Made by a program: the position numbers and the translations under genes. A stretch of 64,000 bases of DNA from Bdellovibrionales bacterium (GTDB taxonomy: Bacteria; Bdellovibrionota; Bdellovibrionia; Bdellovibrionales; UBA1609). Numbering within the stretch: position 1 is the first letter of the stretch; every line of letters starts with the position of its first letter. This document shows, in pieces, positions 23,816 to 33,603 of this stretch. The DNA is taken from NCBI GenBank assembly GCA_027317865.1, contig DAHVQG010000007.1:14300-78299 (forward strand). The letters are read 5' to 3'. The notes below the pieces were generated by a model. The model was not told where the DNA came from. It did not search any database and saw only the letters and a program-made list of their open reading frames with translations.

Positions 23816-25676
23816 TAAATTATCGTACCGATGGGCGATCATCATATTTGTTCTTTTGCTCGGTGGATTCTGGCTGTCACCCAATTTTGTTAATTATGGT
23901 AAGAAGAGTGTTTTTGGTCGCAACAAGATTACCCCGGGACTTGATATTCAAGGCGGAATTCACTTGGTATTGGGTGTCGACGTTAACGAAGTTGTTCGTG
24001 AGCAAATCGCGCGTACGGCAAAAGACATAAGTGGCGAACTGAGCGACAACAAAATAAACTATAAGGCCGTCAATATTGTCGGTGCCAATAAATCCGAAAT
24101 CGAAATTCAGCCGACGGATTCGCAAAGCCAAGCGGCGATTGTAAAATATTTGGCAAAAGAATATCCGACGATCCTGCAGGTTATTTCGCAATCCCCGATC
24201 AAAATTGACATCAAATTCTACGATGCCTATCTCGACCGGACGAAAAAGCAAGTCGTTAACCAAGCCATTGCCGTGATTCGAAACCGAATTGACGAATTCG
24301 GTGTCGCCGAACCCAGTATCGCGGCCGAAGGCGAAGACCGCATTGTTGTACAATTGCCTGGAATTCAAAACGCCAACCGCGCGATTGAACTTATAAACAA
24401 AACAGCGATGCTCAATTTCAGAATCGTTTCGAATGCGATTGCTTTGCCGAAATTGGTAAAAATGATCAGCGATGCTGAGAAAAAATATCATTTTGAACTG
24501 ACCGCCGGTCGGGCCACGCCGCTAGAAGACATGCAAGGTTCTGAGCCGGCAAACACCAAGGTAACCGCTGCCGGTACAACCGTAAATAAAACGCAAGTCG
24601 GAAGCGGCAAGAAGTTAACCAATACGGTTAAAGGAGCCGCACCACAAGTCGAGAAGCTGCACTATCTTGGATACGTTAGACGGTTAAATAAAGTATTGGC
24701 GTCAAAACTTCCGAAAAACACCATGATCGTATTTCAGAAGCTGCCGAACGCGGCCAATATCGTCGTTGGACGTCGTCCGTATTTGGTTGATACCGGCTCA
24801 CATCTAACGGGAGCGAACCTGGACGATGCGTGGGTCCAAAACGGTCAATTCGGACGGCCTGAAGTCGATTTTCGTTTTACCTTAGAGGGCAAGAAATTAT
24901 TTGCAGCATTGACTAAAAAAGCGGCAGGCGGGCAGTTGGCCATCGTCCTCGACGATGTCGTGAAATCCGCGCCTATGGTTAAACGAGAAATCGATAGCGA
25001 TCAGGCGCGTATTACCCTTGGCTCCGGTAATTACGATAAAGTGTTTAGCGAAGCGAAATTTATCGCAACGGCGCTGAGAGCGGGTGCTTTGCCAGCGGCA
25101 CTTGAACCACTTGAACAGCAAACTGTCGGGCCATCGCTCGGTTCGGCTTCAATTCAAAGAGCAAAATTCGCCTCCATTATCGCCTCGCTTGCGGTGTTCA
25201 TTTGGATGTTATTATATTACCGCGGTGCGGGTTTAATTGCGGATCTCAGTTTAATTTTTAACCTGTTTTTGACTTTTGCGGTTTTGACTGCGATGGGCGC
25301 GACATTGGATCTCGCCGGTATTGCGGGGCTGGCTCTTACAATTGGCATGGCTGTCGATGCGAACGTTATTGTTTACGAGCGGATTCGAGAGGAGATGCGC
25401 AAGGGCGCAAGCCCTGCCGGTGCGGTTCGCGATGGTTACCATAATGCGTATCCCTCGATATTTGATGCGGACATTTGTACCATTCTGACTTGTTTTGTTC
25501 TGATTTATTATGGCACCGGTCCAATCCGCGGATTTGCTGTGACGCTTGCAATTGGGATGGTGACGTCAATGTTTACAGCCGTTTTCTTTTCACGCACGGT
25601 GATGGAGACATTGGTAAACAATTTCAATTATAAAGTGTTTAACATTACGCCAAATAAAACATCCGCACATAATTAA
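23808..25676 (+). CDS. secD: protein translocase subunit SecD
   Basis: Matching motifs are LGLDIQGG.HLVL.VD, RNRIDEFGV.EP.I...G..RIVVQLPG, and GPSLG followed by 6 C-terminal TM helices. It lies in yajC-secD-secF order. Confidence 0.94.
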   Translation: MLDKLSYRWAIIIFVLLLGGFWLSPNFVNYGKKSVFGRNKITPGLDIQGGIHLVLGVDVNEVVREQIARTAKDISGELSDNKINYKAVNIVGANKSEIEIQPTDSQSQAAIVKYLAKEYPTILQVISQSPIKIDIKFYDAYLDRTKKQVVNQAIAVIRNRIDEFGVAEPSIAAEGEDRIVVQLPGIQNANRAIELINKTAMLNFRIVSNAIALPKLVKMISDAEKKYHFELTAGRATPLEDMQGSEPANTKVTAAGTTVNKTQVGSGKKLTNTVKGAAPQVEKLHYLGYVRRLNKVLASKLPKNTMIVFQKLPNAANIVVGRRPYLVDTGSHLTGANLDDAWVQNGQFGRPEVDFRFTLEGKKLFAALTKKAAGGQLAIVLDDVVKSAPMVKREIDSDQARITLGSGNYDKVFSEAKFIATALRAGALPAALEPLEQQTVGPSLGSASIQRAKFASIIASLAVFIWMLLYYRGAGLIADLSLIFNLFLTFAVLTAMGATLDLAGIAGLALTIGMAVDANVIVYERIREEMRKGASPAGAVRDGYHNAYPSIFDADICTILTCFVLIYYGTGPIRGFAVTLAIGMVTSMFTAVFFSRTVMETLVNNFNYKVFNITPNKTSAHN

Positions 25677-25699
25677 GGTAAACAGTAAGTAGGTAAACA

Positions 25700-26683
25700 A
25701 TGGCTTTAGTTCCATCTGCAGTAAATCCGAATAGAAAGTTTGACACCGGTCGATTCGACTTTTTGGGTAAGGCAAAATATCTCGTTCCGTTGTCGATTAT
25801 CACAATTGTGGTCGGGCTAATTAACTTAGGTACTCGCGGCCTCAATTACGGTATCGACTTTGTGGGTGGTACGGTCATTCAAATTCAGTACGAAAAGCCC
25901 GTCAGCGCCGAAACTGTTCGACAGGTTCTCAATCACGCCGGCTATCAAAAGGCGATGGTGCAAACCTTTAGCAACAATCGCGATTTTTTGATTCGCACCG
26001 AAGCGCTTCGCGGCAAGACCCAACGGCAAAGCGACCAATTGCAAAATGCTTTGGTCAAAAAATTATCTGCGGCCCTTAGAACTGGTGTGGCTGGTAACCC
26101 AGCGCAAATTGAAAGTGTGAACTCAGTCGGGCCAGAAGTTGGCGCTCAGCTCAAGCGTAACTCGTTACTTGCGACGTTCTACAGTTTGCTAATGATTTTG
26201 GTCTATATTGGGATCCGCTTCGACTACAAGTACGCTCCCGGGGCGGTGTTTTGCCTAATTCACGATGCCGTCGTGACCATCAGTATTTATGCGATTTTTA
26301 GGCGCGAGGTGAATATGCAAACGCTCGCGTCGATTTTAACCCTGTTGGGGTATTCGACGAACGACACGATCATTACGTTCGACCGGATTCGTGAAAATGA
26401 AAAAGTGTACCGTGGTGAAAGCTTCTATAATTTAGTGAACCGTTCGGTGAACGACATGTTAAGCCGAACCCTTTTAACCGCGTTCACTACTGAACTTGCC
26501 GTCTGTGGTCTTTATTTCTTGTCTGGGGGAGTAATTAAGCAAATTACATTTACACTTCTTGTTGGGATCATAATCGGCACGTACTCGTCGATTTACATTG
26601 CCGCGTACATTGTCATTTGGTTCGATCGCCTTGAGAAGCGTAAAGCTCAGGCGCGATTGCAAACCGCCAAAGCCTCAAGTTAG
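25700..26683 (+). CDS. secF: protein translocase subunit SecF
   Basis: The segments GIDFVGGT.IQ, VGP.VG..L and HD..VT....A......TLA.ILT.LGYS.NDTI..FDRIREN are typical of SecF. Confidence 0.93.
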   Translation: MALVPSAVNPNRKFDTGRFDFLGKAKYLVPLSIITIVVGLINLGTRGLNYGIDFVGGTVIQIQYEKPVSAETVRQVLNHAGYQKAMVQTFSNNRDFLIRTEALRGKTQRQSDQLQNALVKKLSAALRTGVAGNPAQIESVNSVGPEVGAQLKRNSLLATFYSLLMILVYIGIRFDYKYAPGAVFCLIHDAVVTISIYAIFRREVNMQTLASILTLLGYSTNDTIITFDRIRENEKVYRGESFYNLVNRSVNDMLSRTLLTAFTTELAVCGLYFLSGGVIKQITFTLLVGIIIGTYSSIYIAAYIVIWFDRLEKRKAQARLQTAKASS

Positions 26684-26691
26684 GTATTGCC

Positions 26692-28470
26692 GTGTCGGTG
26701 GGGGGGGATCAATGGGTCGCGCGTACTTCGCCGGGCGAAGTCCCTCCAGAGGATATCCCGCCAGCAATATGGAACGTCTTGCGAGCGCGAGGCCTCACTG
26801 AGCCTGATGAAATTGAAAAGATTTTGCATCCAAGACTGCGCGACTTAGCTCATCCGTTCTCGCTCGATCAAATGGACCGCGCGGTTCAATTGTTGATCGA
26901 AGCGCATAAGAAACAAGAACCGATTTTAATTTATGGCGATTATGATCTTGACGGCACTCCGGGTGTCGCTCTGTTGCGCGAGGGTCTTGAAAAACTCGGA
27001 TTTACCCATCTATTTACGGTTCAACCGTCGCGCATGAACGACGGTTACGGTTTGCACGCGCACCTGGTTAAAAAATTTAAAGATAGCGGAGTACGTATCG
27101 TCATCACCGTTGACGTGGGAATTACCGATGTCGAGGCGGTCGATGAACTGAAAAAAGACGGCATTAATGTGATCGTAACCGATCACCATCTCCCCAAAAG
27201 CGTTTTACCTGATGCATATGCAGTTGTGAACCCGAATAAGGGTGATTGTGGCTCGAGGCTTCAACATTTGTGCGGTACGGGGGTCGCATTTTATCTGGTA
27301 CTCGCTTTGCGTATGGAGCTTGAACGTCAGGGTTTGTTAAGTAAGCCATTTGATCCGAAAGACCTTCTTGATTTGTTTGCGCTCGCGACTGTGACGGATA
27401 TGGTTCCGCTTGTTAAAGAGAACCGGATTTTGGTTAAACACGGTCTTCAACGTCTCGCTCATACCGTTCGGCCGGGATTGCGGTTACTTCTGGGGGAATT
27501 AGGACTCTACGGCCGCGATTTAACTGCACAGGACATCGGATTTCGACTGGCACCCAAACTTAATGCGCTCACGCGGCTCGAGGGCGACTTGACCGCTTAT
27601 GAAATTTTGACAGCAAACGAAACAAACGCGCGCGATCGGGTCAATCAGGCCCTGCATGTGAATGAAAAGCGGCGAGCGCTGCAAGCTCATGCGAAACAAG
27701 TGGCGCAGCAGTGGACTCAAGCTCATTTTCAACCCGGTGACCCGTGTCTTTTTGTTTATTCAAACGAATTTCATCCTGGAGTCATAAGTCTTGTTGCAAA
27801 TGACTTGGCTTCAGAATTTGACTTGCCAACTTTTGTGGGGGCGGTGTGTGAAGACGGGCGCATTGTTGGCAGCGCGCGTGCTCCATCGACCTTTGATAAC
27901 AGTGAATTCAGTTTGCCCGAGATACTGCAACGAGCGTCGAGCTTTCTTACGCGATTTGGTGGGCATCGTCATGCTGCGGGTTTTGAACTCGATTTGAAAG
28001 TAGCTGAAGATTTCAGACAAGCCCTTAAAGCGGGTTTTAAACCGGCTGAAATGTCGAACCCTGTAACATCAGATGTGCCGTCAACATCACCTGAGTTAGA
28101 ACGAGAAAGTAAGACGTTATTTTACGATTCAGAGCTTGCGTTACATGATTTTTCGCATCGGTTTATGTCTTGGCATGAGGCAATCGGTCCGTTTGGGCCT
28201 GGATTTGAAGCTCCTTCATTTTTAATGCGTGGTCTGCGCATACGTGCGGTTCGAAAGCTTAAAAATAAATTTCTTCGGTATACCTTAACCGATGGCTTAC
28301 GCGAACTTGAAGCGCCATGGTTTGAAAATCCTGTTGAATTTGAAAAGGGGACCAAGATCGATTTTATTTTTGAGCCGCAATGGAACGATTATAACGGTAG
28401 GCGGACGCTGCAGGCTCGAATTTTAGCGGCCCGTATTCATTCTTCGAGCCGCCCTTTTGAAACAGATTAG
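26692..28470 (+). CDS. recJ: single-stranded-DNA-specific exonuclease RecJ
   Basis: The DHH-family motifs are present: IYGDYDLDGTPG, ITVDVGI and VIVTDHH. DHHA1-like segments GGH..AAG are also present. The start is GTG 26692 or 26698. A G8 run lies in codons 3-5. Confidence 0.9.
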   Translation: MSVGGDQWVARTSPGEVPPEDIPPAIWNVLRARGLTEPDEIEKILHPRLRDLAHPFSLDQMDRAVQLLIEAHKKQEPILIYGDYDLDGTPGVALLREGLEKLGFTHLFTVQPSRMNDGYGLHAHLVKKFKDSGVRIVITVDVGITDVEAVDELKKDGINVIVTDHHLPKSVLPDAYAVVNPNKGDCGSRLQHLCGTGVAFYLVLALRMELERQGLLSKPFDPKDLLDLFALATVTDMVPLVKENRILVKHGLQRLAHTVRPGLRLLLGELGLYGRDLTAQDIGFRLAPKLNALTRLEGDLTAYEILTANETNARDRVNQALHVNEKRRALQAHAKQVAQQWTQAHFQPGDPCLFVYSNEFHPGVISLVANDLASEFDLPTFVGAVCEDGRIVGSARAPSTFDNSEFSLPEILQRASSFLTRFGGHRHAAGFELDLKVAEDFRQALKAGFKPAEMSNPVTSDVPSTSPELERESKTLFYDSELALHDFSHRFMSWHEAIGPFGPGFEAPSFLMRGLRIRAVRKLKNKFLRYTLTDGLRELEAPWFENPVEFEKGTKIDFIFEPQWNDYNGRRTLQARILAARIHSSSRPFETD

Positions 28471-28484
28471 AAAATAACTTAAGA

Positions 28485-29090
28485 CTAATTTTTGACGAAA
28501 TTGGTCAGCTGCAAGGTCACGTTGCCAAGCATGCCTGACGGTGCAATTTCTTGTACCATTCCGCCGACCGGTACGCTGCGATTGATCCAAATTTGAGAAT
28601 CTGTATTTTGGGATGAATCGTGGAGCTTAATATACATACACACGAATGTGCCTTTCGGGACAGTGACGGTTGCCTTGTGCATAGCCACAACTTTTTCTGA
28701 ACCGGGGTTAGGCGGAGTTTGTGGTTTGCCGTTTACCAGCAATTTTAATATTTTGCCGATCGGGCTATATAAGACGTCAATTGTTTGTTTGCCCAACATG
28801 CTAAGGTTCATGTCCGTTTCAACCCAGTACCCTTGGCTCACTTGTTGCTTAACAAACATGTGTGAAGTACCGCTGATAAATCCCATATTCACGTTGTAAT
28901 CGGCCGAATCGCCAACAGTGAAAATCCCGGACATAATCGTCTCGGACGTCATTTGTTTAACCACGGCGTGGGTGACGGCATTCGTTAACGCTTGGGCTTC
29001 GCTCGTTGCTAAATGCGTTGAATTAACAGTAGCGCCCCGGGCTTGAAAACCGAGAAGCAACGCCGCTGCGACAAAAAATGTTCGTACCAT
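28485..29090 (-). CDS. hypothetical secreted protein
   Basis: The signal peptide is MVRTFFVAAALLLGFQARGA. I recognise no family. Confidence 0.6.
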   Translation of the reverse strand: MVRTFFVAAALLLGFQARGATVNSTHLATSEAQALTNAVTHAVVKQMTSETIMSGIFTVGDSADYNVNMGFISGTSHMFVKQQVSQGYWVETDMNLSMLGKQTIDVLYSPIGKILKLLVNGKPQTPPNPGSEKVVAMHKATVTVPKGTFVCMYIKLHDSSQNTDSQIWINRSVPVGGMVQEIAPSGMLGNVTLQLTNFVKN

Positions 29091-29167
29091 AAATCCTCCC
29101 TTTTATGTGCCGGTTAACCGGCTTTGTTCAAACCATCCTTGTAAATTGTCCATTTATCGAATCATGC

Positions 29168-30244
29168 TTAAAGAGCCGCGTCCACTAATTTTTTTGGCCG
29201 CTTGAGATGAATTATGAACGTTGTGCCCTTGTTTACGCCTTCGCTTTCGACATGGATGGTGCCGCCGTGCCGTTCGATAATTTCTTTTGCAATTGATAGC
29301 CCCAATCCAAGACCGCCAAGAATTTTTGAATCCTGTTTCGAAGTCTGCCAATACGTATCAAATAAATGCGGTAGCGCTTCTTTTGCAATCCCTCGGCCGG
29401 TGTCTTGCACAAATAGCGAAATGCGGTGATCGAGAGCCTTGGATCTGATCGTCACTTTGCCGCCTCGCGGAGTGAACTTTACCGCATTGGTAAACAAATT
29501 CCATAGGACCTGAATGAGCCGTTCATAATCCGCGTCGATATCGTTTGCGTTTTTGTCGATGATCACTTCTTTTTTGATTCCGCGTTCTTCGGCTTGGTTT
29601 CGAACAACGGACCACGCGGTTTCGATCGCTTCGTCAAGATGGACCGGGCGTATATTGAGTTCGAATTTGCCGCTTTTTAGGCGTGCCCAATCCACCAAAT
29701 CATTGACGAACATAAACTCAAGTTTGAGCGAACGTGAAATGGTATCAATGGCTATTTTTGCCGTTGTAGGATCTTCTGGCGACTGCCGCCACAAATCCGT
29801 GGCCATCGAAATCGTCGCGAGGGGGTTGCGTAACTCATGAGCGACTTGTGAAAATAATTGATCTTTTGTTCTGTTCATTGCTTCGGCCGCTTTACGGGCA
29901 ACGCGTTCATCTTCGGTCCTGCGCGCTTTTGAGACAATTTGGCTTACCAAAATCGCGGCGACACCGAACACCGTCGCCACCGTAACGTCGGCGAAACTCA
30001 ACGGCCCTAAATGGTAGCGGGGCGGCAGAAATAAAAAATCAATGGCAGCAACTGAACATACTGTTGCGCAAAGGCCGCCCCAGAGTCCACCACTCCAAGC
30101 ACTGGACATGACGACCATTCCGAACAGTATGTCGACTGTTTTGTCTAAATAAGCTTGCAAAAAAAACGAGACGAGTGCCGCAATCGCCGTCAATACGGTG
30201 GGGAGCACGAATCTCAAATAAAAGAGCCGACGGTTTGATTTCAT
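29168..30244 (-). CDS. sensor histidine kinase (DUF4118-like 4-TM N-terminus, HisKA, HATPase_c)
   Basis: The H-box is SQVAHELRNPLATI, the N-box is VLWNLFTNAVKFTP, and G1/G2 read FVQDTGRGI ... GGLGLGLSIAKEIIERHGG. No response regulator lies adjacent. Confidence 0.88.
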   Translation of the reverse strand: MKSNRRLFYLRFVLPTVLTAIAALVSFFLQAYLDKTVDILFGMVVMSSAWSGGLWGGLCATVCSVAAIDFLFLPPRYHLGPLSFADVTVATVFGVAAILVSQIVSKARRTEDERVARKAAEAMNRTKDQLFSQVAHELRNPLATISMATDLWRQSPEDPTTAKIAIDTISRSLKLEFMFVNDLVDWARLKSGKFELNIRPVHLDEAIETAWSVVRNQAEERGIKKEVIIDKNANDIDADYERLIQVLWNLFTNAVKFTPRGGKVTIRSKALDHRISLFVQDTGRGIAKEALPHLFDTYWQTSKQDSKILGGLGLGLSIAKEIIERHGGTIHVESEGVNKGTTFIIHLKRPKKLVDAAL

Positions 30245-30370
30245 GCGGAGTTATTTATAGATTTATTTAAGAAAACTTCAAAACAAGTTCTCGGTAGACG
30301 TGGTTAGGCGCCTGTGTTATCTACCCAAGGGGCAAGATATCTAAAATTTCAAATCGACGCGCGGGGCCGA

Positions 30371-30706
30371 ATGACAAAAATGAAAGCAGCAAAACAAAAA
30401 AAGCTAACACCGAAAAAGAAACATATTCAAAAGCCGGTTCGTAAACTCGCGCAAAATCCGGGTAAATTAAAAATGGTGTCGGCCCTTACGACGCAGGCCA
30501 AAAAGCGCGCCGAAAAATTAGATAAAATGCTCCTCAAATTGGCACCGGGCCCTTACACGCAAATCCTCAAGCAAATTCAGACGAGCAAGCGCCGAATCAA
30601 CGAAGAGCGGCAATTGGCACTTCAATTGGGTGAACGCATTCTTGCAAAGGCAAAAGAAGTTCGCGCTTCGATACCGTTGCCGCGAAGTCGAGCACCTCGA
30701 GGTTAG
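30371..30706 (+). CDS. small Lys/Arg-rich hypothetical protein
   Basis: GGGG lies 5 nt before ATG 30371. The track start at 30314 is possible. The product, MTKMKAAKQKKLTPKKKHIQKPVRK..., is highly basic. Confidence 0.45.
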   Translation: MTKMKAAKQKKLTPKKKHIQKPVRKLAQNPGKLKMVSALTTQAKKRAEKLDKMLLKLAPGPYTQILKQIQTSKRRINEERQLALQLGERILAKAKEVRASIPLPRSRAPRG

Positions 30707-30709
30707 ATT

Positions 30710-31378
30710 TTGAAACAGCAAACCGTTGTACTGCTGTCTTCGGGGTTAGATTCAACCGTCAATTTTATGCAGGCGCGGCGCAATTTCGGAGTCAAACTAG
30801 CGGTCACATTTCAATATGGGCAGCGGGCATCAGTTCGCGAAGTTGAGCGGTCGCGATTAATTTGTGAACGTTATGAAGTTTCTCACAAAGTAATTGAGTT
30901 GCCTTGGCTTGCGGAATTGACTTCCACTTCACTTGTAAATCGTAATTGTGATGTGCCAACGGGAGAACGTTTGGCCATTGATGATGTTACGATATCGCAA
31001 GAATCAGCAAAGGCGGTATGGGTTCCGAACCGCAACGGAGTTTTTTTAAATATTGCGGCGAGTATTGCCGAATCAATAGGTGCCGATTTCGTTGTACCGG
31101 GGTTCAACAGTGAAGAAGCGGTTACGTTTCCGGATAACTCCGTGGAATATTTGCATGTGCTCGATCAAAGCTTTAGTTACTCAACCCTCACCCGGGTCAA
31201 AACACTTTGTTTTACGCAAAACATGAACAAAAAAGAAATTGTACTACTGGGTCGCGAGTTAAGCGCACCGTTTGACCTCATGTGGCCGTGTTATTTTGGT
31301 GGCGCAGAACCGTGCGGTGAATGTGAATCGTGTTTACGCTTTAACCGGGCTATGGCGGGTGCGGAGTTGAAACGATGA
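30710..31378 (+). CDS. queC: 7-cyano-7-deazaguanine (preQ0) synthase
   Basis: The PP-loop VVLLSSGLDSTV is present, and the C-terminal zinc cluster is W.CY......CGECESC..R. The start codon is TTG. Confidence 0.9.
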   Translation: MKQQTVVLLSSGLDSTVNFMQARRNFGVKLAVTFQYGQRASVREVERSRLICERYEVSHKVIELPWLAELTSTSLVNRNCDVPTGERLAIDDVTISQESAKAVWVPNRNGVFLNIAASIAESIGADFVVPGFNSEEAVTFPDNSVEYLHVLDQSFSYSTLTRVKTLCFTQNMNKKEIVLLGRELSAPFDLMWPCYFGGAEPCGECESCLRFNRAMAGAELKR

Positions 31379-31959
31379 AGTCAAAGTTTATCGAAAAATC
31401 TTTTTTATATGACGGCTCGCAACTGCGCAGTCTTTTTGCCTACCTGAATTTTGAACTCGAAGGTGATTCGATCGTCGCGTGGCAGGGTCCGTGCAACATA
31501 CCTTTTGATAAAATGATCGATGGCGAAGATCTGTTGGCGAAGAGCGCCATATGCGGCGAGAACATGCTCCATTTTATTGTGGAGCTATTTGGCGCTAGTC
31601 TGGCCCAATCGGTTGCGATGCAGCGGCTTCTGGCCTCGATGGCGTCAGATACACTTCAAGAAATGAACTCAACTTTGCGAATAGGCGCGGGACCAAATTT
31701 ACTACGACGTGAGGGTGACGATTTGTTTATCGGCGAGCGAAAACTGTCGATCAGCATTGCCACGGTTTCGCCCGTGTCGGCATTAATACATTTTGCAGTT
31801 AACGTCGACAATCGCGGCACACCCGTCCCCACAATTAGCCTTTCAGATCTTAATGTTGCCGTTGAACCGTTTGCCAAGCGATTACTACAGAAGTTTGCCG
31901 ACGAAGCGGAGTCGATTGCGAGAGCCACTCGAAAGGTGCGGCCCACAACAAGCTTTTAA
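31375..31959 (+). CDS. DUF366-like protein (tentative), translationally coupled to queC
   Basis: The start overlaps the queC stop (ATGA). The pattern YDGSQLRSLFAY.NF...GDSIVAW.GPC......M.D.ED......I....MLHFIVE.F resembles what I recall of DUF366/COG2029 proteins. This is not verified. Confidence 0.5.
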   Translation: MKSKFIEKSFLYDGSQLRSLFAYLNFELEGDSIVAWQGPCNIPFDKMIDGEDLLAKSAICGENMLHFIVELFGASLAQSVAMQRLLASMASDTLQEMNSTLRIGAGPNLLRREGDDLFIGERKLSISIATVSPVSALIHFAVNVDNRGTPVPTISLSDLNVAVEPFAKRLLQKFADEAESIARATRKVRPTTSF

Positions 31960-32041
31960 AGCACAACCATAAGCTTTTCGAATTGACCGCAGACAAGCGA
32001 TTATATAATGCTGTGCTTTTGCATAGCCGAGGGGAAATGGC

Positions 32042-33598
32042 ATGAATAAACTTTTTATCCGCAAACCCATGAAGCAGCTCATAGCAGAAGGCGATTCGTC
32101 AGCTGAAAGCGGACCCGGGCTCAAACGTCACCTGACGGCGTTTAATCTCACGACGTTAGGCATCGGTGCGATTATCGGCGCTGGGATTTTTTCTTTAACC
32201 GGAATTGCGGCCGCCGATTACGCGGGGCCTGCAATCATTTACAGCTTTGTGATTAGCGGAATATTGTGCGCTTTCGCCGGTCTGTGCTACGCCGAAATGG
32301 CGTCGATGGTGCCAATCGCCGGCTCCGCCTATTCATATTCGTATGCAACGCTTGGTGAATTTGTCGCATGGATCATCGGTTGGGATTTGATTTTAGAATA
32401 CGCTTTTGGCGCCATTACGGTTTGCGAATCGTGGAGCGGCTATGCCTTGTCACTCCTGCAAAAAACGCTTGGCGTTCACTTCACAGACAAGATGATGTTG
32501 TTCACTAAAGGCCCGTGGGAGCACGTTACGCTTAGTTCCGGCGCCGTTGTTCATGGCGTTTGGAATCTGCCGGCTTCTCTGATTGCCCTTGCGGTGACGC
32601 TCGTTTTGATTAAAGGCATTAAAGAGTCTGCGACAATTAACAACATCATCGTCGTGACTAAGGTGGCCATCGTCGTCCTTGTTATAATCTTAGGGTGGGG
32701 TGTGATTAGCATGCATAACTGGCATGTGAACCCTACCGCAACGGGTCTCATGGCGCTTATTCCGCCGCCTCAACATGTAATGCGCGAACATCATATGATG
32801 ACCGTATTTGGTTTGCCGGGCGTGCTTACTGGAGCGGCAGTCGTGTTCTTTGCGTATATCGGGTTTGATGCGGTCTCAACGGCTGCGCAAGAAACGCGAA
32901 ATCCGCAACGAGATCTGCCAATCGGGATCCTTGCGTCTCTTGTGATTTGCACAATCCTTTATATATTGATGGCCGCGGTTATGACCGGGGTTGTCCATTA
33001 TACAAAGCTTGGCGTGGCTGATCCCGTTGCAGTCGCTATTGATAAAATTATTCAGCTACGACACTGGCCACTTGCGGCCAAACTCCCGCTGGGTTTTGGT
33101 GTGAAGTTTGGAGCGTTGCTCGGCTTGACTTCAGTTGTATTGGTATTGATGCTGGGGCAAACGCGGATCATTTACACAATGGCGCGTGATGGACTGCTCC
33201 CCTGGTTTCATCGTGTGCACCCGAAGTATCAAACGCCCGCTATTGCGACAATTGTGACCGGTATTTTTGTCATGTTATTGGCTGGAGTCATGCCGTTATC
33301 ACTCGTCGGTGAACTTGTTTCTATCGGCACTCTACTTGCGTTTTCGCTGGTGTGTATCGGGGTCATTGTATTGCGAAGAATTGAGCCAAACGAGAAACGT
33401 CCGTTCCGGGTTCCCTTCTATCAAGTCATTGCACCACTGGGTGTAATCTCATGTATTTGGGTCATGACCGGTTTACCGTTAGATACATGGATACGTCTCA
33501 TTGTATGGCTCATTATTGGGCTCGTTATTTATTTTACATACAGTATTAAACACAGCCGTTTGCGAAACGGAAATGCCAATCACAACGAGCATAGCTAG
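32042..33598 (+). CDS. APC-superfamily amino acid permease (cationic amino acid transporter-like)
   Basis: SD GAGGGG precedes the start. About 12-14 TM helices are present. The motifs are L.R.L...NLT.LGIGAIIGAGIF.LTG, YAE.AS..P.AGSAY.Y.Y and F.AYIGFDAVST.AQE..NP.RD.P. Confidence 0.88.
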   Translation: MNKLFIRKPMKQLIAEGDSSAESGPGLKRHLTAFNLTTLGIGAIIGAGIFSLTGIAAADYAGPAIIYSFVISGILCAFAGLCYAEMASMVPIAGSAYSYSYATLGEFVAWIIGWDLILEYAFGAITVCESWSGYALSLLQKTLGVHFTDKMMLFTKGPWEHVTLSSGAVVHGVWNLPASLIALAVTLVLIKGIKESATINNIIVVTKVAIVVLVIILGWGVISMHNWHVNPTATGLMALIPPPQHVMREHHMMTVFGLPGVLTGAAVVFFAYIGFDAVSTAAQETRNPQRDLPIGILASLVICTILYILMAAVMTGVVHYTKLGVADPVAVAIDKIIQLRHWPLAAKLPLGFGVKFGALLGLTSVVLVLMLGQTRIIYTMARDGLLPWFHRVHPKYQTPAIATIVTGIFVMLLAGVMPLSLVGELVSIGTLLAFSLVCIGVIVLRRIEPNEKRPFRVPFYQVIAPLGVISCIWVMTGLPLDTWIRLIVWLIIGLVIYFTYSIKHSRLRNGNANHNEHS

Positions 33599-33603
33599 AA
33601 CTG

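Noticed and set aside
23877-24491. A 204-aa ORF antisense to secD (similarly 50495..51046 antisense to uvrB, 22869..23369 antisense to tgt, and 44610..44993 antisense to the S8 protease)
   Set aside because: The sense frames encode unmistakable conserved proteins. The antisense products are low-complexity or Arg-rich and have no start signals.
26598-26801. A 67-aa alternative-frame ORF across the secF/recJ junction containing an ATG behind the G8 run
   Set aside because: The recJ frame shows the conserved RecJ N-terminal region over the same nucleotides, and the alternative product has no features. It is mentioned only in the G8 finding.
30245-30709. A possible preQ1 riboswitch upstream of queC
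   Set aside because: I could not find the short conserved preQ1-I/II hairpin with an A-rich tail. The space is largely filled by a Lys-rich ORF.
31960-32041. A possible amino-acid riboswitch or terminator (AAGCACA...TGTGCTT inverted repeat) before the APC permease
   Set aside because: The gap is only 82 nt, the loop is 44 nt, and no known riboswitch core is recognisable.
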